NCBI GenBank assembly: GCA_951406725.2
Contig: OX597823.1
Coordinates: forward strand, 76,570,001 to 76,634,000
Length of the DNA stretch: 64,000 bases
Direction: 5' to 3'
DNA from: Octopus vulgaris
Lineage: Eukaryota
Shown here piece after piece: positions 26,262 to 39,174 of the stretch (the stretch's first letter is position 1; each line of letters opens with the position of its first letter). The position numbers and the translations under genes were made by a program. The notes under the pieces are model-generated. The model had not been told where the DNA came from. It did not search any database and saw nothing but the letters and a program-made list of their open reading frames with translations.

Positions 26262-26395
26262 TCAAAAAATACCTTAGGAATGAGAACCCAGGTTTGAAAT
26301 TTCCCCAAGACACCTGTGGAGGGTATATCAGCCAAAACGTTGTGTTTACGACAAACAAGATGAGGACAAATATCCGTCAAATGTAAATAATGTAC
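25950..26395 (+). mobile_element. PLE 3' end: endonuclease C-terminus followed by the tRNA-like/hammerhead module
   Basis: 25950-26117 encodes GDEDNIIDREHHWKIRKLKEATHMLGHNNLLSRPSADMNSIWELVL (PLE GIY-YIG C-terminal pattern). 26140-26395 matches 6770-7003, but this copy's hammerhead core is partly deleted. Confidence 0.75.
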
Positions 26396-27449
26396 TAAAT
26401 GCTCTTCCTAACACCTGTCACTGCACAGGATCAATTGGGTGCACTTTTGATGGCACCATCACTAAAGCATCATTGTCTTTGACACGACTAATGAGTCTTC
26501 TTAACCCCTCACTTATCAGAACACACTAATTGTATCTTATTCTTGTACCAACACTAGAAAGTATACTTGTAGTACTGGAACAAAATAATGATGGGTAGTA
26601 AGAGCTGGATAAATGTCAAGACTGATCGGAGGGGGCTAATATAAAATATCCATGAAATTGAGCATAGTTAGAGCGTATTATGTGCAGCATGTAATTTTAT
26701 GCATATGACTCAAGATCGATGACAGAGGTGGGGTGATAAGGACATGAAGGAAGGAGGAGTGGAGAGACAGTGAGAGGGTCTGATAGGTTCGTTGGTGTCC
26801 CTAGTTGCAATAAAAGTAAGGTATATTGAATAGAGAAGATCTGCTATCTTTCATGATACCAGTACTATAGTAGAGTGAAGTTGAGAAGAGGACAGAATGA
26901 TTGAGAGATGGCAATAGGGGCATGAGAACTATATAAGGCATGAGTTATAAAGACATGGGCAATAAGGGCCTTGGTGAATAAGGGCTTGCATAATAGGCAG
27001 ATAAATAAAGTGTGTGACAGAGGGGCAAATATAAACACTGACTTGATGTAGGAGATTTTCAGTAAGTTTGTGTCCAGACTATTTACTCTTTGGATGGTAA
27101 TTCATTTGATTGCACCAATATGTATATTTAATATAAGTACTCTTATACTCAAGTTTCTGCATCAATGTGCAAATAAATTAATTTGCCATCCGTGCTTCTT
27201 CAGTAAGGGCACTAAAATTAATGCATATTTATGCAACACTGAAGACACACTTATTCCATCTGTATACATGATAATTTTTCAAATTCACTGCACAAGCGCA
27301 GCAACAATTGGCAGTAAATAATAAGAATTAGAACTGCATACCAAAGGTCTTCAAAATTACGAAAATATTAAGGGTAGAAAATTTTGACAAATATTCTACC
27401 AGTGGCCAGCACGTGTAATAAAGTCAATAGACTATATTTTTCATAAGCT

Positions 27450-27568
27450 TTCAGGATGGCCAAATGGTCTAAAATGCCAGACTCAGGGTACATGTAATGC
27501 ACCTTAACTGGAACATTGAGTATTCTGGTCAACAAATGTGGGTGTGGGTTCATATCCCACTTCTGACA
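27450..27568 (+). tRNA. Intron-containing tRNA-Leu, degenerate (anticodon now CAG, likely from CAA); probable pseudogene
   Basis: Matches the eukaryotic Leu-CAA pattern GTCAGGATGGCCGAGTGGTCTAAGGCGCCAGACTCAAG[intron]TTCTGGTC..GGCGTGGGTTCGAATCCCACTTCTGACA. The 35-nt intron (27488-27522) is at the canonical 37/38 site. The A/B boxes carry substitutions. Confidence 0.85.
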
Positions 27569-27580
27569 GATAACCTTTGT

Positions 27581-27945
27581 AGGCGTAGGGGTGGCTGTGT
27601 GGTAAGTAGCTTGCTTACCAACCACATGGTTCTGGCTTCAGTCCCACTCTGTGGCACCTTAGGCAAGTGTCTTCTACTATAGCCTTGGGCCGACCAAAGC
27701 ATCAGGAGTGGATTTGGTATGTGTGTGTATATGTTTGTGTGTCTGTGTTTGTCACCCCAACATCGCTTGACAACCGATGCTGGTGTGTTTATGTCCCCAT
27801 AACTTAGCGGTTCAGCAAAAGAGACCGATAGAATAAGTACTAGGCTTACAAAGAATAAGTCCTGGGGTTGATTTACTCGACTAAAAGGCGGTGCTCCGCA
27901 TGGCCACAGTCAAATGACTGAAACAAGTAAAAGAGTAAAAGAGTA
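27581..27945 (+). mobile_element. SINE family A inserted just downstream of the tRNA
   Basis: Runs from head aggcgtaggggtggctgtgtgg to tail aaaagagtaaaagagt. Confidence 0.85.
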
Positions 27946-28731
27946 ATTCATATGAAAAGTATCTTGTCTATTGATATACTGGCCACAAGTAGAATATTTC
28001 TCTAAAAATTTCTACCTTATTACTTTCGTAGTAAAATTTTCGTAATCTTAAAAAACCTTTGGGACACAGTTTTAATTCTTATTATTATTTGCTGCCAATT
28101 GTAGCTGCACTTGCACAGTGGATTTGAAAAATTATAATATATACGGATGGAACATGAGTCTTCAGTGTTGTATATATACATACACTAATTTTAGCACCCT
28201 TACTGAAGAAGCACGAATGGCAAATTAATTTATTTGTACATTGATACAGAAACTTGAGTACAAGGGTAAGTATTGAAATGTTTTTTTTTACATTCCCTTT
28301 GAAATTACTCTTATTTGTGGTTTGGGCTTTAACTGCCCTTTCCAACATGTAAGGTGTCCTCTTAAAACTCACCTCTTTTGTGTATAAAAACATACACAAA
28401 TTTATATATATATATATATTCAATTTGATTCATCCCCATTAGTCAAAAGACACATGTTATATTCTTGCAGTCTGTATTCGCAATTGTGTAACACATTTTC
28501 TGGTTTTTGTCTTTGTTGTCATACACATTCGCTTGCTTTCTTACAAAAAACAAAAAAGTGTAACTGCCTGAAACTGTTAGGATAATCTGGAAACTTAACT
28601 GATGAAAGAAAGTTACAAATAACCCACCTTTATTTTCCTGTCCCTCTATTTGTTATTTTTACTGCCTGCCTTTGTATCATCGATCTGTTCACATGTTTTA
28701 TTGTCTTCTATTGCGTCTTTGTTCCATTTTT

Positions 28732-28801
<70 letters not shown>

Positions 28802-29313
28802 GTATATATATGTGTGTGTGTGTGTGTGTTCTAGCATGGATTAGACAAATACATGTATTGTTTTACAGCTGAATATCTTTTCTGTTGCCAACATTTACTT
28901 GTTTTGGAAGTAAGTAAAAGAGTTTTCATTTCCCTTGTCATTGAAAGCAGAGAGCAGCCACATACTAAAGAGAGTTCACACACACATACACACACACACA
29001 CTCACACACACACGCACACACACACACACACATTTGATATATTAATTCACAATATTTGAATATCTTAAAGGCAAATGAAAAAATAATGATTTAAATTTTA
29101 AATTCATTATTACTTTAGTGTTATTGAATACTAGAATTCTTCAAAAGACATATTATTATATCTGACGTCAGAAGTTCTTCATGTACCTCCTTCAGATACA
29201 ATTTATCAATGAATCATTATAAAGATAAAAACCTATGAGTCAAATGAGGTGGCTTGGTCTTTTGCTTTCTTTCCCATCTATTATGAGTATGATGTAATAA
29301 CGTGTGTGTGTGA

Positions 29314-29369
<56 letters not shown>

Positions 29370-31271
29370 TGATATATACACATATATATATAGTGTCTGG
29401 AGAGAATCATTCTCTTTTAATACCTTATTACTTAACACACTCACTGGTTCAATTTCCACTCATTTAGAAGACACCCAATGTACCACACAGTGGGATTGAA
29501 CTTGGAACCATGTGGTTGGGAAGCAAGCTTCTTATTTCTTTGTTGCCCACAAGGGGCTAAACACAGAGAGGACAAACAAGGACTGATAAAGGGATTAAGT
29601 CGATTATATCGACCCCAGAGCGTAACTGTTACTTAATTTATCGAGCCCCAAAGGATGAAAGGCAAAGTTGAACTCAGATTGTAAAGACAGACAACATACA
29701 ACTAAATATTTCGCCTGGTGTGCTAACATGTCTGCTAGTTTATTTACTGCTTTAGATTGTGTATGTACTGTTTGATTACAAACCATGCCAATGCTCATAG
29801 TTACTTCAGCCTCATTTTCACTGCTGTATTTTAGAGAATCATGTTTCTTTCATTTATTATATAATGTAATAATGGAAACTTATAATTCGTTGGTTGCTTC
29901 TGAGTAATTTTTCTGCTTTGGTACTTGATTCTTTCTTCTCATAAAATGACTACACAATAGAATAGTTATTTTGAAGTATTTGTTGAGATTTTGGTTGGCT
30001 TTAGCTCACCTAACTGCAAAAGTTAGTATTTTGCTTCTTACTATGTACAAAAAACATTTCTTTCTAAGAAAAAAAGAAAAATGAACAGAAACTCAGAAAT
30101 GAGAAAAAAAAACCTGTTTTAAACAGCATAAGGATTTGACTTAGAAATTATTTACTGACAGTTTTTTTGGCCAAGTTCCTTAATGGAAATTTTGAAGGGA
30201 CAAAAATAGGGTAGAAAAAAAGCAAAAGAATGATAGGAAAAATTGTTAGAACAGTAACTTGAAAGGAATCAGTTGAAGGGCTTAATTCCACAAAGATTCT
30301 AGGGTCATTTTAAACTTACTTGGGTGTGTGTGTATGTGTGTGATCATCTTTTAATGTCCTGTTTTCCATGCTGGCATGGGTTAAACAGTTTGATAGAAAT
30401 AGATGAACCAGAGGGCTCCCCGAGGTTCTCTCACTGTTTTGGCATAGTTTCTAAACTGGATGCCCTTCCTAATGCTAATCACTTACAGAGTGTACTAGAT
30501 ACTTTTTTATGTGGCACCAGCACCAGTGAGGTTGCCAATCATATGCATGATAAAACCCCTCAGCTGAGCAGAGTATGAACTGGAGGAACAACAAACTATG
30601 ACAGAGGGAGGAAATAGTATGTTCATGATAATTTCCCTTACATTTGCTCAGTATATATTAACCAGTGATACTACTAAGCACAGTAGTAAATACTTAAATT
30701 CATTGGTAGCAGACTGGATGATGATGATACTAAATGTGGAGTTTTAAACTCAGACACATGTACCCTTAATATAGTTCTTAGGGAGATTCAGCCTGAGACA
30801 GAATATGACAAGGCTGGCCCATTTGTGTTACATGTACAACACATTTTTGCCAGCTGAGTGGACTAGAGCAACATAAAATAAAGTGTCTTGCTCAAGAACA
30901 CAATGCACCACTAGGTATTGAACTCATGACCTTATGATTGTGAGCTAAATACCCTAACCACTAAGCCACGTGCATTCACTAGTTTAATAAATAAATGTTC
31001 ATAAAGCCTCAAGATGTTTGTAAGTGCTAGCATTTAGCTGCTATTTTCATAGACTGAAGTGGAAAAAAGATAAAGCTTCCCTTGGGTTCAGACACCAGTT
31101 TATCTAAATTTGATTATATGTTCTTAATAATATATGAACTGAAATAAAATTGCATAAATTATTCTTCTCAGAAATAATCAGCTGATTAGAAGCCATTGTC
31201 TAATCACTGATTTGAGAGCTTCTCACTTAACTCATTTAGAGTCAGTAAACAATTTTGTCATTTAGCCTAAG

Positions 31272-33045
31272 ATCAGCATTGATTAAGAAGCTTAAAGGCG
31301 TTGAGCTGGTGGAATCGTTAGCACGCCTGGTGAAATACTTATCAGTATTTCGTCTGTGGCTACGTTCTGAGTTCAAATTCCGCCAATGTCGATTTTGCCT
31401 TTCATCCTTTCGGGATCGATTAAATAAGTACCAGCTACGCACTGGGGTCGATATAATCCGTTTGTCTGTCCTTGTTTGTCCACTCTGTGTTTAGTCCCTT
31501 GTGGGTAGTAAAGAAATAGGTATTCCAACTATGGCCATCCCTGTCAGTTATTCGGATTTTATGTATATGAGCTCAGGTACGGCTGTGTGGTAAGAAGCTT
31601 GCTTTCCAACCACATGGTTCCAGGTTCAGTCCCACTATATAGCCCCTTGGGCAAGTGTCTTTTACTATAGCCTCAGGCTGACCAAAGCCTTGTAAGTGGA
31701 TTTGGTGGACGGAAACTGAAAGAAGCCTGTTGTATATATATATGTATATATATATCTCTGTGTGTATGTGTGTCTTTGGACATAAGTTTGTCCCCCACCA
31801 CCACTTGACAAATGGTGTTGGTGTGTTTATGTTCCTGCAACCTGGCAGTTCAGCAAATGTAATCAATAAGTAAGTGCCATAAAAATAGTAAGTACTTGGG
31901 TTGATAAGTTTGACTAAAATTCTTCAAGGCGGTGCCTCACCATAGCAACGGTCTAATGACTGAAACAAATAAAAGATAAGGATAAGTTAGCCAATGTTTC
32001 TTTTTAAAAAGGCAGCGAGCTGACAGAACCGTTAGCATGATGGGCGAAATGTGTAGCCGTATTTCGTCTGTCGTTACGTTGTGAGTTCAAATTCCGCCGA
32101 GGTCAACTTTGCCTTTCATCCTTTCGGGGTCGATAAATTAAGTACCAGTTACGCACTGGGATCGATGTAATCGACTTAATATTTATGTCTGTCCTTGTTT
32201 GTCCCCTCTATGTTTAGCCCCTTGTGGGTATTAAAGAAATAGGTATTTCATCTGTCTTTACATTCTGAGTTCAAATTCAACCAAGGTCTACTTTGTCTTT
32301 CATCCTTTCGGGGTCGATAAATTAAGTACCAGTTGCATACTGGGCTGAATGATGACGATGATGATGATGATGATCATGTTAATGATGATGATAACCAGTT
32401 TATTGCACCTTACATGGCGTTCCCTAGGGATCATATGAACCCCAACCGAGAACTATAGGTGTAGAAGACCATAAATTGGTTGATATAATTGTTTTCTAAT
32501 TTAATTAGTTTCAGATTAATCTTAATCTTGTAGACTTATGGTCAAAGACATTCCAGTCTTGGCCAGCCCATCTAACACTACATTATATAATATTCTAAGG
32601 TGGAAAGCTGGCAGAAACTTTAGCACACAGGGCAAAATGCTTAGCAGTTTTTTTCTGTCTTTACATTCTGAGTTCAAACTCTGCCGAGGTCAACTTTGCC
32701 TTTCATCATTCGGGGGTCGATAAATTAGGTACCAGTTATGTACTGAGTACAATCTTATCGACTGGCTCCTTCCCCCAAAATTTCGGGCCTTGTACCTAGA
32801 GCAGAAAAGAATATTTATAGCTTAATAAGGTGGTGAGCTGGCAGAAATGTTAGCACAGTGGGTGAAATGCTTAGCAGTATTTCATTTGTCTTTATGTTCT
32901 GAGTTCAAATTCTGCCGAGGTCAACTTTGCCTTTTATCCTTTCAGGGTCGATAAATTATGTACCAGTTACATATTGGAGTTGATCTAATTGACTGGCCAC
33001 CTCCGCCAAAATTTCGGACTTGGTGCCCAGAGTAGAAAAGAATAT
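31272..33045 (+). mobile_element. Cluster of co-oriented SINEs: family B (31272-31520, 32009-32345, 32597-32812, 32825-33045) and family A (31572-31985)
   Basis: Repeated family heads and central domains. Confidence 0.8.
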
Positions 33046-33539
33046 TTCTTTTTAAAATGCTTATGTGTAATTTATATACCATCCCTTGCAGATTCAGCCA
33101 CCACATATCAGCTTCACCATTAGCAAGCACACTGTTTATAAAATAAATGGAGATTTTATAATGGCATCGCTTTGATCAACTATACTACTGCCCTGAAAAT
33201 GTGTGGCTTTAGGCCAGTATGAGAAATCCTTATTATTTTTTTTTTTTTCATCTCAATACTCTAAGCTGAAATCTTGCCAGCTGTTACTTAGCTGTTCAAC
33301 CCCAATATAAAAGATACATTAGGAACTCTGACAAATTGGCAGAGAACCACAACTTCAAAAGCACTACATGTGCAGCAGTAGTTAATAGTTGGCAACTATG
33401 AAATCTGCTATATAAAGTGTTCAGGTATGTTGCTAGAGGAAGTAGAGTGTCTCTGTTACCTTGGTGACCTAATTAGTGCTCAAGGTTATAGTAACTCAAA
33501 CATAATAAGGTTTTCTCTCCAATCAAAAAGTAGTCTAAA

Positions 33540-34700
33540 TCATCATCATCATCATCATTATCATCATAATTTAACGTCTATTGTCCATGCTGGCATGGGT
33601 TGGACAGTTTGACTGGGCTGGCATGCTGGAAGGCTGCACCAGACTCCAGTCTGATTTGGCATGGTTTTCTATGGCTGGATACCCTTCCTAATCTCAGCCA
33701 CTTCAAGAATGTAGTGGGTGCTTTTTTTATGTGCCACTAGCACACGTGCTATTTGCTTGACACTGGTATCTGCCTCAACTGCGATATTGCTCAGCTTGAT
33801 AGGTCTTCTTCTCAAGCATGACATAATGCTAAAGATCTCAGTCATTGCCTCCATGAGGTCCAACACTCAAAAGAAACTGAGCCACTTTGCCTCCATGAGG
33901 CCGGCCCAACACTCGAAAGGTGTTCTTTACAAGCCACCGTCATGGGTGCAACTGGCTTGTCAGGTTCTCTCAAGCACAGCACATTGCCAAAGGTCTTGGT
34001 CATTAGTCATTACTTCTGTGAGGCTCAGAGTTTGGAGATCATGCTTCACCACCTCATCCCATATCTTTGTGGGGTCTACCTCTACTACAGGTTCTCTCCA
34101 CAGTTAGAGATCGGCACTTCTTTATACAGCTGTCCTCATCCATATGCATCACATGACCATACCATCACAGTCGTCTCTCTTGCACACCACATCTTATGCC
34201 TCTTCTGCCTAACCTTTCTCTCAAGATGCTTACACTCTGTTGAACATGCACACTGATATTGCACATCCAGTGAAGCACACCAGCTTCATTTCTTTCATGC
34301 CTACACAAGTACTTGGCTGTCACAGTCAATGTTTCACTGCCATGCAGCAAAGCTGTTCACACACAGGCATCAAGCAACCTGCCTTTCCCTCTAAGAGAGA
34401 AGCCCTTTGTTTCCAGCAGGGGTAGGAGCTCTCTGAATTTTGCCCAGCTTAATCTTATTCTCACAGCTACGCTCTCAGAGTATCCCCTACTACTACTAAC
34501 TTGGTCACCTAGATAACGGAAACTATCTCCTACTTCTAGCTTGCCCCACTGGCAGTTGATGGAGTCTATTTTCTGCACATGTTCAGTGTTTGTTGTACCT
34601 GTGCATCTTCCACATAAAAAAGCTAGTTTCCCTGTTAACATTCCTCTGATTATTGCTGCAGCTTTTATATGTCCAAACCTTACACTGGGTGCATCTTATG
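33540..34700 (-). mobile_element. RTE-clade LINE, 5'-truncated, with 3' tail
   Basis: GKLEVGDSFRYLGDQVSSSRGYSESVAVRIRLSWAKFRELLPLL..GKGRLLDACV..LHGSET..MLHWMC-like..LRERLG..VQERRL*WYGHV..RGRP; ends in (GAT)n. Confidence 0.85.
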
Positions 34701-34929
34701 AAGTTTCTACCTACACCATTTCTGCAGATTGAGCAGGGCAATCAACCCGAAGGGATTTATGATTTGTCTGCCTTGCTACTTACTAAGAGGTTGAAGATAT
34801 GAAAAGTGATGATACAGATACAACTGAGGTGCCTTTGATTACAGGACTGCTAGATCAGAGCTGACATGAGCTAAACAGAAACACCAATAATTGAAATGGA
34901 TGCGTGGATTATTGATTTAGATTTCATAG

Positions 34930-35432
34930 GGACAGACATGGTTGTGCTTAAGAAGCTTGCTTTGAAATCACAAGGTTCTAAAGTTCAGTCCCAATCTGCA
35001 GCACCTTAGACAAGCAAGTATCTACTACTATACCCCTGTGCTGGCCTATGCTTTGAGATTGAATTTGGTAGATGGAAACTGAGTGAAGCCCATTATGTGA
35101 GTATACACATGTGTGTGTATGTATATATGTATCTGTGTGTCTGTGTACATGTGTGTGTGTGTGTGCATGCATGTGTGTGTGTGTGTGCATGTGTGTGTGT
35201 TTGTGTGTGTATGTTTGTGTGCATGTGTGTTTGTGTGTGTGTGTGTGTGTGTGTCCTGAATCTACATGTGTCATTTTGTTTTCATCCCGGTAACTTAACA
35301 GTTCGGCAAAAGAGACTGGTAGAATAAGTCTTAAAAGCTTTAAAATATGTACCGAAATCAATTTGTTTGACTATCAAGGCAGTGCCCTAGCATGGCCACA
35401 ATCAAATGACTGAAACAAGTAAAAGATGGAAG
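34930..35432 (+). mobile_element. SINE family A with expanded internal (TG)n
   Basis: Family head and tail surround a ~150-bp TG tract. Confidence 0.75.
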
Positions 35433-35940
35433 ATTACAAACACATAACTCTTGAGTTCAAATTTACTGCAAAAATGTTGTGGATTCAGCAAGCACACACA
35501 ATTTTGCTTTATCTTAGTTCTTGCTCACAAGTAACAATGCCAAATTAGATTTTCTATTAATGTTATCTGAGATAGACTGATGCCATACAAGATCAAATCA
35601 ACTCGGTGTTTAACACATTAATGGTTCATTCGTTTCTATTTGTATGTGTTTCATACATAGCCAATACCCTCTATTCTGTTCAACCTCCAATCCAACCCAC
35701 CATTTCTCACATCCTTATTGAGCACCTTTAAATGTGGTCACAATCTACATGACCTTCTGGGCCTCAGTCTTTTCATCTACAGCCACAGGCAGTCAAAGAC
35801 AATGACTTCTTCCAGCTCCAGTTGCCACACTTTTCTCTTCATCCATAACATACCATTCTGCACGTCTCAGATTCACTTTCAATGTCACTAACTTCCATTT
35901 CACCTTAAGAATATAATCTGAAAGCTAATCCTTCAGCATA

Positions 35941-36301
35941 TCTCTATATATATAAAGCTGAAGTTGTCTGTGTATGGCAGGTTTGGTAGCCTTCAACTAA
36001 CACTATCTCCTCCGAGACCATGCGGCGAAAGTTGACCAAAATTTGGAGTATGATAGAAGAAAGTTTGCTCTTCCTTCTGTAGAAGAAAAAATTCAAATCG
36101 GACCATGTTAACACCAAAAATTATTTACATCAAAAAGGTGCTTTTTTTTTTTTCTATGAAAATCCTTATTTTTTACGATTTTTTTACTGCTGTGTCGCCG
36201 TTTTTCAGTGTATGCAACCATAATGCAAAATTTTTACTTTTCAAAAATTCCATTTCTAAAGGGTCGAAACAAACTCGAGCTATGCCCGGCAATACTGCAA
36301 G
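35941..36301 (+). mobile_element. Non-autonomous Helitron
   Basis: A|TCTCTATATATATAAAG 5' end; degenerate GC-rich subterminal hairpin ctcgagctatgcccggc, then ..CTGCAAG|T (CTAG variant). A/T insertion site, no TSD. Confidence 0.65.
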
Positions 36302-37192
36302 TAATATATAAAAACAATCAGTTATAGATTAGCTGATTGATGTTCACTTAACTTCCTGCTCTTCATACTCTCATTTGCCAGATACTCTTTCCACTTATGT
36401 TCTGACATTGTTTACCATACTTGCTTGATAACACACATAAATTTTATCTCCAGCAAGCATCTTTCTCACCTTCTCTACCTATTCTCTATTGACAAAAGAC
36501 ACATTGTCCAAAACAATATCTTTACAGCATAATAAATTAATTTCGTCATTGTTTTTTTATATATTAATCTTGTTTTTATCTCATAATTTACCACTTACAA
36601 AAAATCCCTGCTCTTCTGCCTCCCAGGTGGTACATAGGTTTCATATCTTACTATTAACAGTTGTTGGACCACTTTACATACTTTCTTTTTTTTTATATGT
36701 AATCACAAGGGCATTAATTTTTAAGAGATGTATAATTAAGTCTAATTATACTAATTATCTATTTATTCAATTACCTTGAAATTATGATAGACAAAGCCAG
36801 TTGTGTGGGCAACTGAACTTGGAAATTAGTGGAAACATGAAAAATCTAAAGAATTTAGTCGAATAGTCTACTATTTCTGCTGCCCCACCTTCCTAGTCAA
36901 CACAGTACCACTATGGGGAGTCAATGTTTAATTAATGACTGTGTACTTTTCTGTGCTTACATCAACACCTTTTAGTTGTTGGGGCTGGCACTGTCTCCAT
37001 GGTAACACAATCAACTGCATATGAATAAAACCTACACCTCCTCATATGCTGAAATTTACTTGTCCTCTATTAAAATTCCATTCATATCGAGTATGTAACA
37101 CAGGAATATGAATCAACCCTCAAAAGGAAGAAATATAAAGTTGACCTTATTGACCTTAACAGGATTTGAACGCAAAAAATATATAGGACTAT

Positions 37193-37410
37193 ACTCTTTT
37201 ACTCTTTTACTTGTTTCAATCATTTGACTGTGGCCATGCTGGAGCACCACATTTAGTCAAGCAAATCGACCCCAGGACTTATTCTTTGGAAGCCTAGTAC
37301 TTATTCTATCGGCCTCTTTTGCTGAACTGCTAAGTTACGGGGACGTAAACACACCTGCATCAGTTGTCAAGCAATGTTGGGGGGGGGCAAACACAGACAC
37401 ACAAACATAT

Positions 37411-37451
<41 letters not shown>

Positions 37452-37876
37452 CATATATACGACGGGCTTCTTTCAGTTTCCGTCAACCAAATCCACTCAC
37501 AAGGCTTTGGTCAGCCACATTGTTCTGGGTTCAGTCCCACTGCGTGGCACCTTGGGCAAGTATCTTCTAATATTTCCTCGGTTCAGCCAAAGCCTTGTGA
37601 ATTGATTTGGTAGACGGAAACTGAAAGAAGCCCATTGTATATATGTATATGTATATATGTTTGTGTGTGTGTTGTTGTGTCTGTGTTTGTCCCCCCAACA
37701 GCGCTTGACAACCGATACTGGTGTATTTACATCCTCGTAACTTAGCGGTTTGGCAAAAGAGACCGATAGAATAAGTATTAGGCTTACAAGGAATAAGTCC
37801 AGGACTTTGCTTGATTAAAGGTGGTGCTCCAGCATGGCAACAGTCAAATGACTGAAACAAGTAAAAGAGTAAAAGA
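37193..37876. mobile_element. Two family A SINEs fused head-to-head (37193-37517 minus, 37514-37876 plus)
   Basis: Both tails point outward, and the heads are truncated at the junction. Confidence 0.85.
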
Positions 37877-39174
37877 TATGAAACACTTCATCTCCAACCA
37901 AAATATCTCATAAAATCACCCTGAGTCTTATGTGAAAATTTAAGCCTGTATTACATGCACTAAAAGCTTTCCTTTTCCTGAATATGTGTCACTGAAATTA
38001 GGATGTGTCTAATATACTCAAGCATCAACAAGCTGGTAGAATCATTATCACACCAAGCAAAATGCTTTGTGGCATTTTGTCCAGCTTTATATTTCACTGA
38101 GATAAACTTTATTCTTCATCCTTTCAGAATCAACAAAATAAATACCAGTTGAGCACTGAGGTCAATGTAGTCAAATTACCCCAACCTCTGAACTTGAAGG
38201 CCTTGTGCTAAAATTTGAAATCAATATGCATTATTCATGCCATCTAATATGGTATGTAATTCCTTTATGAGCCTATTTGTGAGAACCTGTGTCTTTAAGT
38301 AACATTGAAAGGAAAGACTGAACTCAGCTTTAGAAGCTAATTAAAACCTCATATTACACGACACTCTCACTGATCACATTAAACATGTTAGCATCTCAGT
38401 TAAATAGACTATTTGCTAATCAAATATCTTAGCTAAAGACTCATTGCTGCACCAATGATAGTATAAAAACTATTAACTCTTTAATTAATGATTAATTACT
38501 GGTTAGTATATTTAATGTAAAACATCAAAAATCTAATTAGGAAGGATAATGCAATGGGAGATGACATCAGCTCAAAGGTTAATATTTATTAATGCTTTCA
38601 GCAAGTATGGGAAATAACTTCAGGCAAGTTCAAGTCTTATTCAACTTCTTCAGTTTTTCCTTTTTCTAAATATATTGTTGTTGGGTGTTGGGAGGGTCTT
38701 TATGCCAATAATGAAAGCATACATGGTTTGCATTTCGATCATCATCATCATCATCATCATCATCATGATCATCACCACCACCACCACCACCACCACCACC
38801 ATCATCATCATTTTTTTTTTTTTTTAATTGAATTGCATTTCATTTCATCTTCTGACCAGGTCTCAACTAGAGACCTAAGGAACATATATATTAGACGGAG
38901 AGAAACTTCTGAGAATGGGGGTGGTTGATGTCAATACAGATTTTTAATTCTCATTGATTGTTGGTTTCACAGGGGGGTCTGGTCAAAAAATATTCTAATA
39001 CCTTTCTTGATCATACTCATGGCACCTGTAACAACAGAGATGGATTTGGATTCTAATTGCCATGCCCCAGATATCTCAAACAAAAAAAAAAAGAAAAAAA
39101 TGCACATGATAACACTTCCAGTCAGTTAAGTTCGGAAGCCATGAGAGCCACTGCCTGGTACTAAATTCAGGGCA

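Larger units (their letters stand above)
27126..28279. mobile_element. Foldback/MITE-like element with ~320-bp imperfect inverted arms (~27126-27445 and ~27951-28279)
   Basis: For example, tactcaagtttctgcatcaatgtgcaaataaattaatttgccatccgtgcttcttcagtaaggg recurs in reverse complement at ~28197-28260. Inner ends: tcaatagac..ttttcata / tatgaaaa..gtctattga. Confidence 0.8.

Noticed and set aside
27070-28423. Two similar ORFs on opposite strands (27070-27321 +, 28085-28423 -)
   Set aside because: A by-product of the inverted arms, with no domain features; used only as confirmation of the inverted repeat.
29161-29241. CRE palindrome TCTGACGTCAGA with a nearby TGAGTCA (AP-1)
   Set aside because: Short motifs expected by chance in 64 kb, with no conservation data.
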